64,000 nt of DNA from assembly GCA_977030845.1 (NCBI GenBank), contig OZ365113.1, forward strand, positions 13,516,001 to 13,580,000, written 5' to 3'. The DNA is from Fimbriosthenelais zetlandica. Taxonomy: Eukaryota. How positions within the stretch are numbered: the first letter of the stretch is position 1; each line of letters begins with the position of its first letter. The notes beneath the pieces are model-generated. The model was not told where the DNA came from. It searched no databases and worked only from the letters and a program-made list of their open reading frames with translations. The translations under genes and the position numbers were made by a program. Shown here piece by piece: positions 1 through 12,800 of the stretch.

Positions 1-3000
1 TGGTTGTTTTTTGTCTTCGGATCCACCCTAAATATTCAGCTCTTTTTCCTTGGTAAAAAAGTGCAAATGGTCATGAATATACTTGACATAGTCCTCGCCT
101 TATGCATGGTTTCAGCATTCAGCAACAAATGTGATATTTTCAATAGAGGTGTTTTGCATTCTACATTTTGACCTATCCTAAAATAGAAATGTGTAAATGA
201 ATACATATTCGTAAAGAAGGATCCACATTGAGTCGTTCTTAACGGTTATGCCTCATTGACTTGCCTATGAATAGACTTCAGCGAATTTTGAAGCTTAGAG
301 AATGTATCAAAGTGTTAAATTCCAAGATGTGTATTGAGTTTCAATGTCCCCTGACGTCAAACTAATGTTTGTATACATAGTTTTCTCTGAAGGTAAAATT
401 ATTTTTATAAATAGTCCTGACTCCATTTTAAGGGAACTGACTCAATATCATTGACCAAATGCATAGATCTAAGAGAATCAAGTGCATATCTTTCCATAAT
501 TTGCCGTTCCCCAAAAACAATTGAATTATTGTTTCTCCCTGTAAACTATGAAAGTTATGTAATTTAAATTATTCAACCAGAAATATATTAATCCCTCAAA
601 TTCAATGAGAGATTGTTGACATATATATGTATAGTTCTTGCTGCTGAATTTGCAATGCTTAGTCCGTCCTTGGAGCTCACTCCAATGGCGATATAAAACG
701 GTGGCATGTGTTATACAAACAACATGTGGCACTCTAACCATCATGTTAATAAGACAGTCCGGTACACCCACAATGCTATACTAGTTTATCTATAGGGTTC
801 TCGGACTTGCAGACATGAATATTGACTTCACCCGATAGATGACCATAAGACCATTAACTTAGAAACCCCTTTCTCGGCTAATCCTTATGAATCAATAATC
901 CAGATTTTAGTATCATTATTAGAGATTTGATGCTAATAATTATATCTTTAAATGATTTCAAACTTTTAAATAAATCCAGCTTACCTTTGTGAGAAGTACA
1001 GAAAGATCATTTGACTGGCATTAAAGATGCTTGCTTCTCGAAACAATGCCGGCGAAAGAAGAAAGGAAAGACCAGTCTTCGAAAGACCCCACCCTCCCAA
1101 TGCACCCCCTCCTCCTCCGGCACCCTACACCCACCCTTACTTATGGTGATTCCCTATGGTCAGAGGGCTAAGAGGATGGACTTGGGTGGGGGCACTGGTA
1201 TACAGGTGATTAGTGTCACCCTCTCCAGGAAGGGTTGGGGGTAACAGGTGTATACCGTAGTCAGCCAGCACTAAAGTAAGAGACATGGCACATATCGATC
1301 TCTTCATCATGTCTCTAACATGTGCTTAACTTTCATCCTGCCTTCCTCTTGATCCATGATCTTCCACTAACATGAAAACAAGGAACCACTGTACCGGTAT
1401 GTCCAGCAGCTTTCCATCCCATGCCTGCTGGCTGTGCTACATTAGAGATTATCCCTGATACAATATAACCATTAGTAATAATATAGAGTGAATATTCTCC
1501 ATTAAATCCCTCCAGATTAACACATGTGAAGGCATTGAGCTATGTATTAAGCATGAATACAAGGCTGGGGACCGTTTGAAAGAATCCATGTGAATGACAG
1601 GGTGAGGGGATCTGATTGGAAATATATATACCTTCCCAGTGGGTGTGATGCACTGAAATTTTGTAGTTCTTGGAGTGCATTAATGTGTGCATGTACGAGA
1701 GGTTATGTTGACATAAACTTGGGGTAACAGTGTCCAATGAAACATCTAGTACTTGTCCATGCAAGGGAAGGCAAATTGGAAGAACCCGGATGAAGTGACG
1801 ATAATTTGGAAGCTCAAATGTTGTCATTTGGTTTACCATCAGTTCTATACTGCTTGCATGTCACCACTGAACTAATACAAATCTCATTATCTTAGGTAAC
1901 GGAATCTGGATAAAAACTATAATGATAAACCACAAATAACTATAGATCTGTAGGTAAAATCATGAGGCTGCTCTTACCCATACCTTAGACAGAGAATGCA
2001 CTTTGAGAATAAAATCTCGATTTAGAGTGCGTTTCTCGTGCATTTGGTTAATTTAATTTTAATAATGAATAGCCTATTCAGTTTAGAGGGCCTAATACAA
2101 ATGGCCAACACAATATCTAATTATATGCCAAACTAAATCATGGAAAGTACATGTAAAATAGTGGGATTTTAAGAATGATCTATAAGCTGTCAGCTGTGGT
2201 GTGTTAACTGTTATTGCACCGAATTGTCCACTGTAGGACTCGGGGTATGATAAGCATGTCTCTGAGTAGTATAGTAAAGCTGTTATTTTAATGTGGCATC
2301 TGTAACAATGTGCCCTGCCTTAAGGATTTCAATTGTTAGATTAAAAGTGAACAGAGACATTGAACATAATTGATCTTAAGGTATTAGTTAGCTTGGTCGA
2401 CACAAGATTTTAGCTCTCCTTTTCAGAAAGCAAGGTAACAGATCAAGAACTTTGAAAATAATATGATACTATATCCTCGTCTGCGAGTCCCAAAGCCCTG
2501 GTTATGGTAACATTGTGGGTATATAGGGGCTTTTACGATGATGGCATTTAAAATAAGCCTCTCAAATTGAGACTGACACAAAGTTTGTATTTCATTTTGT
2601 ATTTAGTAATAATGATAGTGTTAGGGACATTATTTGCCTTGTTCAAACCCTTTATCTCAACATAAAACGAGGCCAAATATTCAGCATTAAAAATAAATAT
2701 ATCCTAATTCTTCCAGACCAACAGAAATAAATCAAAATGTATGAAGGATAATTTGAAGTAATGATTTGCGGGGATTGCATGGGGGATTTCAATGTTTAAA
2801 TAATTAATTTTAAAATAGGGACAACACCCCAGGAAACAGGAAATGTCAGTTGATTTTGACCATATACCCGGTCCATTAGTGGTCATATTTGCTCTTTTCA
2901 TACCTTATTCACTGTCAAGTAGTCAATATCAATACCAATGGAATGGACGCATTTTATACCGTAATTATGAACATATTTGACTGTGTCACCGCACATACTG

Positions 3001-5917
3001 AACACGGCCAAGGAACAAAGGGGGTTCCCCACACAATGTCATGTACATAAGTCCCGGTGTCAGCTTATGTACATTGCGGTGTCTGATCCCCATTTTGTGG
3101 TTTACTCATATATCAAGGCTTGGGATGGCGGAAGATACAATTGACGTTTAAGTGATATGACAAGAACCTGTCAACGATTATACCAACATATATGACCGGA
3201 ACCCATACCATCTCAAGGAAAAACAGTCAAGAAGGGGAACAAAAATAAACTAGGAACTAAAAGCCTGTCGCTCAAAAAAGTTTTGGGCCACAAGGCTCAC
3301 CCTTTATAAAATCATACTCCCCCACCTTTACAGTTTTATGATAGAGAAAGGATGTATGAAATTGGCAATATTATTAGATATCCAGATTTATCATTGTTGG
3401 ACTTCTAGAGTGCACGTGTCATTTTTGCTGATATGAGAATGGAATGTCAAGAGATAATTTAGTAATCATGCACAAAGATTCATTTCCTTGGAGCGCTGGT
3501 CGACTAACCTCTTTTTTTGCATGGATATCTATCTGATTAAACGAAATATGTGGTTAATAATGCGTCAAATGCTAAACCTTCTCTGGCCAATAGCGGTATC
3601 AGAAATATTTCAGCTTGCAAATATCCCATGCACGTTTTTATCCAAGCGCTAATTTCTTTCCTCATCCCCTTCCTCTCGCCCCCTGGAGCTTAGTGCTATG
3701 CAGATTGGCTCTCGGATGTAGCAAGTCCCTTATAAGCCTACATACAACAACATTCTTCTTGAAAATTTAAGTTAAACGTCCAAATATTAAATCGAAACCT
3801 AAGAAACCTAGTCACGTACGTACCCAGAGAAGTGAATCCCATTAAATGAGAAGCAAGAATAAGTTTGTTAATACACTGGACAGGAATACTTGTTTATTGA
3901 CTGTACACATTACACATATGAGGCTTTTTTGTGTGCAGTGGCATCCACAAGAGACTCCTCACCTGCTTTCCTTCACAGCGAGAGCTCAGTTAACCATCCT
4001 ATAGCCTGGGCACGAGGAGCGGACTCCAGAGGCGTGTCCGATAACAATGAATTGAGATAATATCTATTGTCAAAGGCTGTAGTTGGGGATCAATGTATTG
4101 ACAGTAAAGACCATGTACAAGGGTTGGAAACAGTCACAAGTTCAATAGAATCAATAGGTGCTGTAAGTGACAAGAGGAGGTCTAGAGACAGAAGACGCTA
4201 GATTCACTGCAGAAAAGTATCCTTATCCAAATTTTTCTTACTGAAATAAATAACTAATAATAACTTATAAAAGTGTTAGTTCTGGACAGATTTTCATCTT
4301 CTCTTTTAGGTCCAATCAAGTGACATGTGTATTATTGCTTTGTACAATCAAAGTACGTCGTTAAAATATTAAACTACTGGTATAACGGACATGCAAAAAA
4401 ACGGAACCCGAGTAACTTGGCGAGGAAGGTCAGAAAAGAAACGGTTAAACTAAGGTAGTGAACTTCAGGAAAAGACTACAACACTGTCAAAACTGTCAAA
4501 GTTAATCTTTGCGAATGTCACTTTAATTTCCCATAATATGAGGAAGACTCTGAAATACCTAATTTGTCAACTTAACTTCTAAATTTGGCATGAACATCTA
4601 CGGGAGAAACACAAATTTATTTTTTTTATAAACGACAATACAAAATATAATATTTGCTCACTGAGGTAGGCGCACCTAGGAGATGACAGACAAAAGAAAT
4701 CACCCTATAACAAAAAATAGTCGCAGGGAGTGTGACATGGCCTTGGTCTGCCGGTCTCTTACCATACCTTCCTTACCGTACTCCTCTTTAACATTGAAAT
4801 CGAGTAATTGAAGTTAAGTCCAACGAAAATACAATTGTCCAAAGTATCGGAGAAGTTTGATAGAATATTTTATGTATGCCCTTCTTCAGCTACAGACCGT
4901 ATCTCTATCTGTCCCCAGTTTCTACAAACTGCTACTCACTACACACCAATGTCAAATAGCTGCTTTCAACGTTATAAAAATTACTCCAGCAAAATAGGAA
5001 CTTCAGTTACAATTGTGTATGATTCTATTAAGCTGTATTTACCATAGCTACTAGCACAAATATAAAAAGTCAACTGTACATTGGAGGTGGTCTGACGTGC
5101 CTTTTGTAGTGTGGCCTCGCCAGGGGTTTTGGATCACCTCTACACTGTCTTAAATCCATATATATATTATATATATTTAGCAATTATTTGTTAGACAATG
5201 GCTGACACAAGTAGACGTGACAGAAAAAAAAGGGTTTGTACCAATTTACAAGTGATTTGAATCCAACAATGGACACAAAAAGGACAAAAATACCACGTTA
5301 CCTGCAACACTGAAATAGTCTATCAACTACCATGTTGTCACTTTATGTACAGATCCGGATCTGCCGGATTATTTTTCAGCGGTACTGGTATACAACGGGC
5401 ATATATATATAGTCATTAACCGAAATACCTCCAGTTAATCTTTCTATCAGCGTCCTGAACTAACTTCTCTTCAATTAATAATAACTAACCACAACATAGG
5501 AACTGGGTAAATCTATGTACAATGTCATATAAGCTCCCCATTGTGAAGGTATGGGTGGCGTTGTTGTCATGGCAGTTTATGTCGTACCATTCTCATCGAA
5601 AAGAATTGTAAATAGAGTTTTGGAGCAGGGTGCATTACCAGTCCATGGCTCCAAGTGGGCCATAATGCACCATGCTGTTCCCAAGTGATCAAAGCTCCAC
5701 TCTTCGTGTTACAACATGTATAATGTGCTATGTACAATTATGATAACAACCTGTCTGTCTGTAGGGGTGTATGCATGTCTGTATACAAGTGGAGTATGTG
5801 TGTGGGTGTGTAGGAGACATGAGTTTATACATGCCTCATCCTTGTCTAGGAGGGGCTCCCCCAAAAAAGGCTCTCCACTGGCAGTAGAAGGAAAATGGCC
5901 CATTAGCCTCTATATGT

Positions 5918-5923
5918 TTTATT
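5918..5923 (-). promoter_or_regulatory. Candidate polyadenylation signal AATAAA for the KMT2E-like gene
   Basis: TTTATT on the plus strand about 460 nt past the stop codon; other candidates lie further on, so the true 3' end is unknown. Confidence 0.3.
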
Positions 5924-6385
5924 TACACCTTATATTTACGACCCAGCAGCCATTAACTGTTTGCAGACGAATCTCTGCCTGTTTCTCCGTTCCATATTCC
6001 CCAACACTCTCGGATATGGAAGTTATATTTTTCCATGAGAAGGCCTCACCCCATTTCCCTACTTCTATCCTTCATGAAAAATGTTTCTATTTCTTCAGGC
6101 GAAAACAAATGGCAGTATTAGATGAGAATTAATGTTTTGTTAAAACCCCGGCAGCATTATTTTGTTGCAGTATGTTTCATCTGCACTAAGCCACAGCAGT
6201 ATGTTGAAATCAGGAGGAGCCGCTCCTTGGTGGTGTAGTAGTACTCCCAACCTGAAAGTGTGAGATTCACTCCACTCTATCAGGGAACTTCATATATACC
6301 ATTTCTTGCTTAAAAGTCACTGCTTGGCTTCATCAGAGAGAAGCTCGCATAATGTGTCCTTGAGATCAAAATGTAGGGGCTGCGT

Positions 6386-6867
6386 TCAATGTTTATGATG
6401 GTAATCCCGGATGATTTTACCGTGAGGTGGGGGCGGGGGAGGTGGGGTGTGGGCAGGCTGTTGTGGGAAGCCTTGGTTGTACCGTGGAGGGGGTGGGGGA
6501 AGTAGTACCCCAGAATTAAATTGCGGGAGTGAAGGTGTGGGTACTGCAGTGTAGGCCGCAGCATAAGCGCCTGCTTGATGTTGGTTGGATGATGGTGGTG
6601 GGGGTGGTGGCTGTGGGGTACTTGATGAGGGGGGAGGTGGAGGTGGGGGTGGTGGTGCTTGATGGCCATGATGTGGGGCTGCTTGATGATGTTTGTTGCT
6701 GAAGTGTGCCTTGTTACCGCTCCGTTGGTATTGTTGCGGCGGTGGGGTTGGTGTGATGGTGATGTTGTTAAACTGCGAAGAAGTCTGCGCAGTCGGTGCG
6801 TACTGACTTCCATGAGGGTGCGGAGCTGCCGGATAGGAGAAATTAGACGACGATCCACCTGACCGTT
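6386..6867 (-). CDS. KMT2E: KMT2E-like terminal coding exon 27 (Pro/His/Gln-rich, ends DYHHKH-TGA)
   Basis: ORF 6386..7045; ctctttgcag acceptor in phase 1; composition like the Pro-rich MLL5 tail. Confidence 0.85.
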
Positions 6868-9800
6868 CTGCAAAGAGAAGACATAAGCAATAATTAACTA
6901 AACATTTAAACATTTTAACTAAACAATGAAACCCTGGTAATGAAAATAGAAAACGATACCAATGCCATTTAATTGATGCTATTTTTTCAAGGCATTTCCC
7001 TGTCAAATTCTGGGGAGAGTACTTAACACCTTGCCCTTCTTTCATGCACTGAACCAGTACATTGCTTTGTTGGACTTTTTATTATTATTTCTTCCATTTC
7101 ACCAGATGCAGTTGTTGATAATTACAGTTGCAGGATTTTTCCACATGCTGAACATGGCCAACAATACCAATGACCTTGGGGTCGTGACACCGGTTGAAAG
7201 GTCATAATGGCCATCTACCACAATTAGAGCCCAGGTAAGGGCCATGGGAGGTGGAGGAGGGGTGTTGTGGTGGTAGGAGGAGGAGGAGGAAGGTGGGTAG
7301 ACAGGTACGTTAGGCTGGGTCTATGTGTGGCCACCCGAGTACAAGGTATATCATAGAGCGTGTGGGGCCCAGTTGACCCCAGGTCACCAGGGGTGAAGTA
7401 AGTTAGCGGTTTATGTGAAGGCCTTCAGAAAGGACCAATGACTGGGGTGAGGACCCTTGGCATGTTAAGGTCCCAGTCTGTCTCCTCGGTGTCAGGCGAT
7501 CAGCCTGTCAGAGCAATACCTCCCATGGTCTAATAACAAGAGGCCAACAGTCACTCCCACCTAGCTTGGCAAACAAGTCTTTCATACCACTACTTTATAT
7601 ACTTGCTTATAATGCCAGGACTGAGAGGCCCCTATTACAGTTACAATACATTATATACCTTGAACAGTGATACTCAATTCCTAGCTTATATAATATTGTA
7701 CAGATCATAACTAAAGCTAATGTCGTCGTACATTGATTAAAATCAATCTGCAGGTACTACCTTGGCAACATGACAAGAGACTTTATTAACTATCACGATG
7801 AACTCTTGGCATTGCTGGGCTAGAGGTCAAGATATTGACCAGCACATCGCCAAAGAGAAAGTAAAATGTTAAGGGTGCCTTACCCTCACACAATGACCAG
7901 TGGGCAGTAAAACTGACCCTACTGTGTCCAGGGATTACAACACCAAATCCACCCACCAGCATGACTGACCCAGACTAAGTTTAGTGAACCATGAGCCATA
8001 GGACACCGTTGGCCTACCACCCAGGCAACTCTTCTCAAGCAGAAATGTTCAAAACAACACATTAAAGGCTTCCAATGCCATCAAGGTCAGTGGAGGACAA
8101 TAGGCAACAAGTTTGTATGCTTCAACCATATAATGACCCTCCCTCAATAGGGCTGTATTTCCCCCCCTGCTTCCAACCACTTTTACTACCCTCACAGGTA
8201 TAAATATAGAACAAGTCCACTTCATGGTCAGCAGCTCTGGACAGCACAGGTGTGAATATAACAATGTTCCTGCATTGGCGCATCTTTTAATTAGCCCATC
8301 ATCACCATTAATGAATATGGAATTGGATATTGGTATCGGGTATCCATCAACCTCCCAAATAAATTAAGGAACCAATTTGTAAAAGTCTTAAAGAGATTGG
8401 AGAGGGTATGGGAAGTGGTTCCTTACCATTTCCCATAACCTTCCCACTCCCCTTCCATCCCCCTGCAACGATTGGCAATACTACGTGGTGTAGCCTAGGT
8501 AGCTGTGTAACAGTTTGATAGTGTTGAGAGGGGATGGCGTGGCCTCAGGCCAGATTGTCTGCGGCCTGCCTAGGACAAGTCTGACCCATTTGGACCAAGT
8601 CCAGTTCGCGCTGCCCCATGTGCACAATGCAGAGAGAAAGAGAGAGGCAAACCTCTTCCAGGCAACTCACTATCGCCGATTGGAATCAAGAAAAACATCT
8701 CATGCCTGGCTTATTTATTCGTTAAAATACTTTATTTGTTCTTTAAAAAGGAAAGAAATAATTAGGAGGTATGTGTAAATGTATAATGCCATCCACGTTG
8801 GTTTTTTGCCGAAAAATGTTTGATATCTCATTCACAATCCTCCAACACATTTTGAAGCTGTGAACAAATTTGACATAGAAACCCAAAACTAACTTGAAAA
8901 GAAAGTTTTAATAATTCGTTAAAAAAAACTTTCAAGAGGTGATAACCAGTGAAATCAGAAGTTTCAGCGACGAGCTGTCTAGCTTGCACGTTGCCATGGT
9001 TCATATTTTATACAAATGAAATATTTAAGTGATAGGAAGTATCTGTCTGTACCGTCCTACAAGGGCCTAATCAAGTGTGAATTCAATATAGAGAAAAGAA
9101 TATTGGATCTTTACTATCGTCCATTATAAGACTGTTTTACTGTGTTGTGACGGTCCCCTCCACAACCATGCATTCACTTAAAATTGTCTGAGATACAACA
9201 AATAGCTGTTGCTGCACAAACGCTTATAGTTATACAATTCTTACTATCGCTCCACAAACGCTTATAAATATACTTTTTAAACCAAGAGATGACAAGTAAA
9301 ATATCTCAATGTTATATGGGGGTCACTATTATTTAATCATGTCATCAATAATTCTAAGCAATGCAATTTTACCAGTTCATTGATACCTCTGATAAAAAGG
9401 ATGTTGAAAATTTATTGGCCCAATTTTCACCAATATCCTTCTGCTCTTCCATCTTATCAATGGAAATTAAATTATCTTTCCCAGACCAGTGGTCGTTGAC
9501 CTGTTACCTCCCCTATCCACCTCTACCACAAACAAGCCGCTCATGTTTGCTACTAGTTGCTACTAGTTTCCTTTGAAGTTAAGATAATATTTTCAGTGGT
9601 GATGCCTTTCAAAATCTGACCTTCTCATAGGGCAAGCTTTTTCTGGAAATGGTCCAAAGCTGGCTGGACATAATGAGCCTGGTATCCAAAACGTGGCTGT
9701 CAATGGTAATACACTCTTCTCTATTAAGTATTTAACTATGTAAGTAGAGTGTATTTAGAGATTATTTTCACAACTGGGCCAAGCCAGCTTATAGGAAAAT

Positions 9801-12800
9801 TACTTATCACTAATGCAAATTCGTCAAACACACATTCCCACCATTTTTGTTCATTACTAGGTTGACATAATACACCGACCTAATATTTATGAAACAGTAC
9901 CCTTCACTTGATCACATGTTTATACAAATGGCAAAAATAACAGATATGAATTAAATCATTGTATGAGGCAATTAATTATACTTGGATCTCAGATTAAAAG
10001 ATTTCAATCAGAGGGACACACGCATCATTGCCCAATGCTAAGTACATGGGAAAGATTTTTTTCTTTTTATCATTAAAAAAACCCCTTGGTTTATAAAAAG
10101 AGAAATTGTTAGGCTGGAGGAGAAGCTATATATAGTTGCCACTGTAGGATCCAGGGTGGGGGGGGGGGGGGGTGGCGTCTTGGTGTCTCTTGGTGAAGCG
10201 GTAGGACGGGGAGTTCCCACACCTGCCCAGGTAGCCGTTATGGCAGAGAGGTGGGTGCCACTGAGAGAGGGGAAAGAGGGAAGGTAGTCACAGATGTTGA
10301 CTAGCCGCTGTGCTTAACACGCACAAAGGACTAATAAGACATCATTATGGCCCGGCCGACTGGCCTCAGACAGCATCTAGCCAGGCGGAAAATGCCGGTC
10401 GGCCAGGCCTGTAGCATGCTTCATGTGCAGGCCCAATGACAGGGCCTTCTGCTGCCAGAAAAGACCCCGATACAGAGGATAATTTGGCAAGCCGTGCTGC
10501 AAATGTTTTCTGTTTCCCTTTAAAATGCCACTATATATACGTCTATTAATAAAGCAATGGATCTTCTTTTATGTTAATACTGCTTATGTACCTCAAATTC
10601 TACATGCAGAGACTTTGTCTCGTTTGGAGAAAGGTTTGACAAGGAAATTTAGCTTTATCACGTAAGAAAATAATATGTTACCCTGGAGACAATATCATCA
10701 TCTGATGGAATATTGTAAAATCTCTCTACATTTAAAGTGTTAGAGACAGGAAGATTGACAGGAAGGAATTTATTACCGCATATGAATTCTCGCACATGAT
10801 GTAAGGGACAGAGCATCACGTGCTAACAATATGGTAACAAAATGCCTGAGAAGCTCCTTGACAACCTCCAGGAATGCACAGTTTTGATTAGTGTTGCTAA
10901 TATACAATTTCCTACCTCACCTTCAAAAGGATGATGGTAAGACTCCAACTGAGAGACAGCCGTCAAGCATCCTCTATATTACCTTAGTAATTATCTTATC
11001 GACACGAAATTTGGTAGGACTAACCTGTTTTACTTCCTTTTTTTAAGTCAAAGTTTTTGGAAAAGAAAGAATACATCGACCTGTTGTATACAGTATGGAA
11101 TGATGTACATATATATACTGGGTGTTGTCAAATGGGCCACTAGAGTTAAGTGAGGATGCATGGGCAATGGAACTCCACCAAGAAAGTTATTAATTAATTT
11201 TTAGCTTTGATCAAATATCTTGATGCCCATTTTAGAGTAAATGTCAGCATTATATAGGTGGTCACGATAGGGGAGGGGGTGGGGACACGTTGCATATCAT
11301 TAACTAATTGAAGAATCCATGGGAACATTTTGCGCAAAGGTGCTCTAACTTTCATGAGAAGGTCCCTACAACTTGATTTTTATTTTATTACATTTGAGGC
11401 AAACTGCGTCGTAGGATTTTTCCCACTGGCCAGAAGCAAGAGGCGGCGGGAAAAGAGGAAAACACGACCATAAATTGTAGATTAATTGACGGCCCGTGCA
11501 TGGAGGCGACAGAGGCAAGACGTGCATAAATCAGGGCTGTGTAAGGCCTGGGTCAGGTGAGCTTTGACCAGTGGACAGTGGTCAGCCAGGTGTGACCGTC
11601 ATGTGGTGGACAAGCATCCTTGCCTCCTCCTCCTCCTCCTCCTCTCTCAGCCACCATGGGTCAACACATCTTAACCTTATATCATTAACCAGATTCTCCT
11701 TAGATATAATTCCCCAAATTCATTTTATTGTAGATTATCTAACATTCATTGAAATCCCTATTAAGTTATTTTTCATTTCGTGTCCACGGCACATGGACTG
11801 AGACTTTATGTGCTGTTTTCTTTAATTACGTTGGGTGATATGATCAGTGGAGGTCATTGACCAGTATCAGACACCTATAGGTAGCATTATCCTGTCTATT
11901 GGGGCATTTTAAGTAAGATAGTAGCGGGCGGGGCGCCCCCACCTGGCAGGGTTAAATACTATGTTAGTAGGATGTATGTGTAGAGGTGGGTGATCCCAGT
12001 GATAGTCCCCTACTGTGACTGGTCACCTGGCTCGCCCCAGGTCACTGACCAGACACGCCCAGAAGACATGACCACGCCCCCTCCCCCACCACGCCCCCTC
12101 CCATCCCTCAATCAACCCCACAAGACAAGGATACGTCCAACAGAACAAATTCAGATGGAATCCAAATTATAGATCACGGTTCAAATATATTATCCATGAT
12201 ACCCTTTCATTCAATGTATTGGCCCTTCCCCAAAAATCACAAAGAAAATGACATGCATCACTATAATCAGTAGACATCCCTGTGTCACTTGTCAAGATAA
12301 GCTCATTCCCAATTATCGCCCCTCACCGATGAAAAAAAAGCCATGATTATCAACATAGCAAGGTCAAGTTAGACATTCCTTCCTTTGGGAGGATCCACAA
12401 GCTGATCTTTATCAACGCTGCACCTCAATTATGATTTCACTTGACCTAAGGCTAGAATCATCAGATTAAACACATGCAGTGAAAGTGTCATGTATGGGGT
12501 ATGCTAATGAAGCATGTCACCGGAAGAATGTACATGACAACTCAGATTAAGTCAAATACGAGGTGGTGAGATGTGAGATGCCAATCCCAGGATGCTTCTT
12601 ACATAGCAACGCTAATTCACATGGTGAACGGTTGATCCAGGTGTGGGGGAGGGGGTGGGAGATGGTAGGCCCGAGGGGGAGGGGGCGGCAATAGTTTTTG
12701 AATATCCATAGGCATCATGACTGAATTAAATGAATTAACTTTTAAAGGCCTTAGGATAGGGGGGGGGGGGGGGGGGGGACTGACACTGGAGAATGTAGGC

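Noticed and set aside
1027-1149. Plus-strand Pro-rich mini-ORF (MLASRNNAGERRKERPVFERPHPPNAPPPPPAPYTHPYLW)
   Set aside because: Only 40 aa, preceded by a stop, with no linked exons or homology; C-rich sequence readily yields poly-Pro.
3041-3074. 11-bp inverted repeat ATGTACATAAG/CTTATGTACAT
   Set aside because: Built on the common ATGTACAT palindrome in AT-rich DNA; no other support.
4663-4680. TGAGGTAG let-7-like seed
   Set aside because: The remainder does not match let-7 and no precursor hairpin is evident.
6310-6873. 187-aa minus ORF and 67-aa plus ORF over the last exon
   Set aside because: Alternative-frame shadows of the Pro/His-rich terminal exon; the splice phase selects the 6386 frame.
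7240-7340. Minus-strand C-rich block that could encode poly-Pro/Ser
   Set aside because: The nearest acceptor gives an immediate stop in the required phase; treated as simple-repeat sequence.
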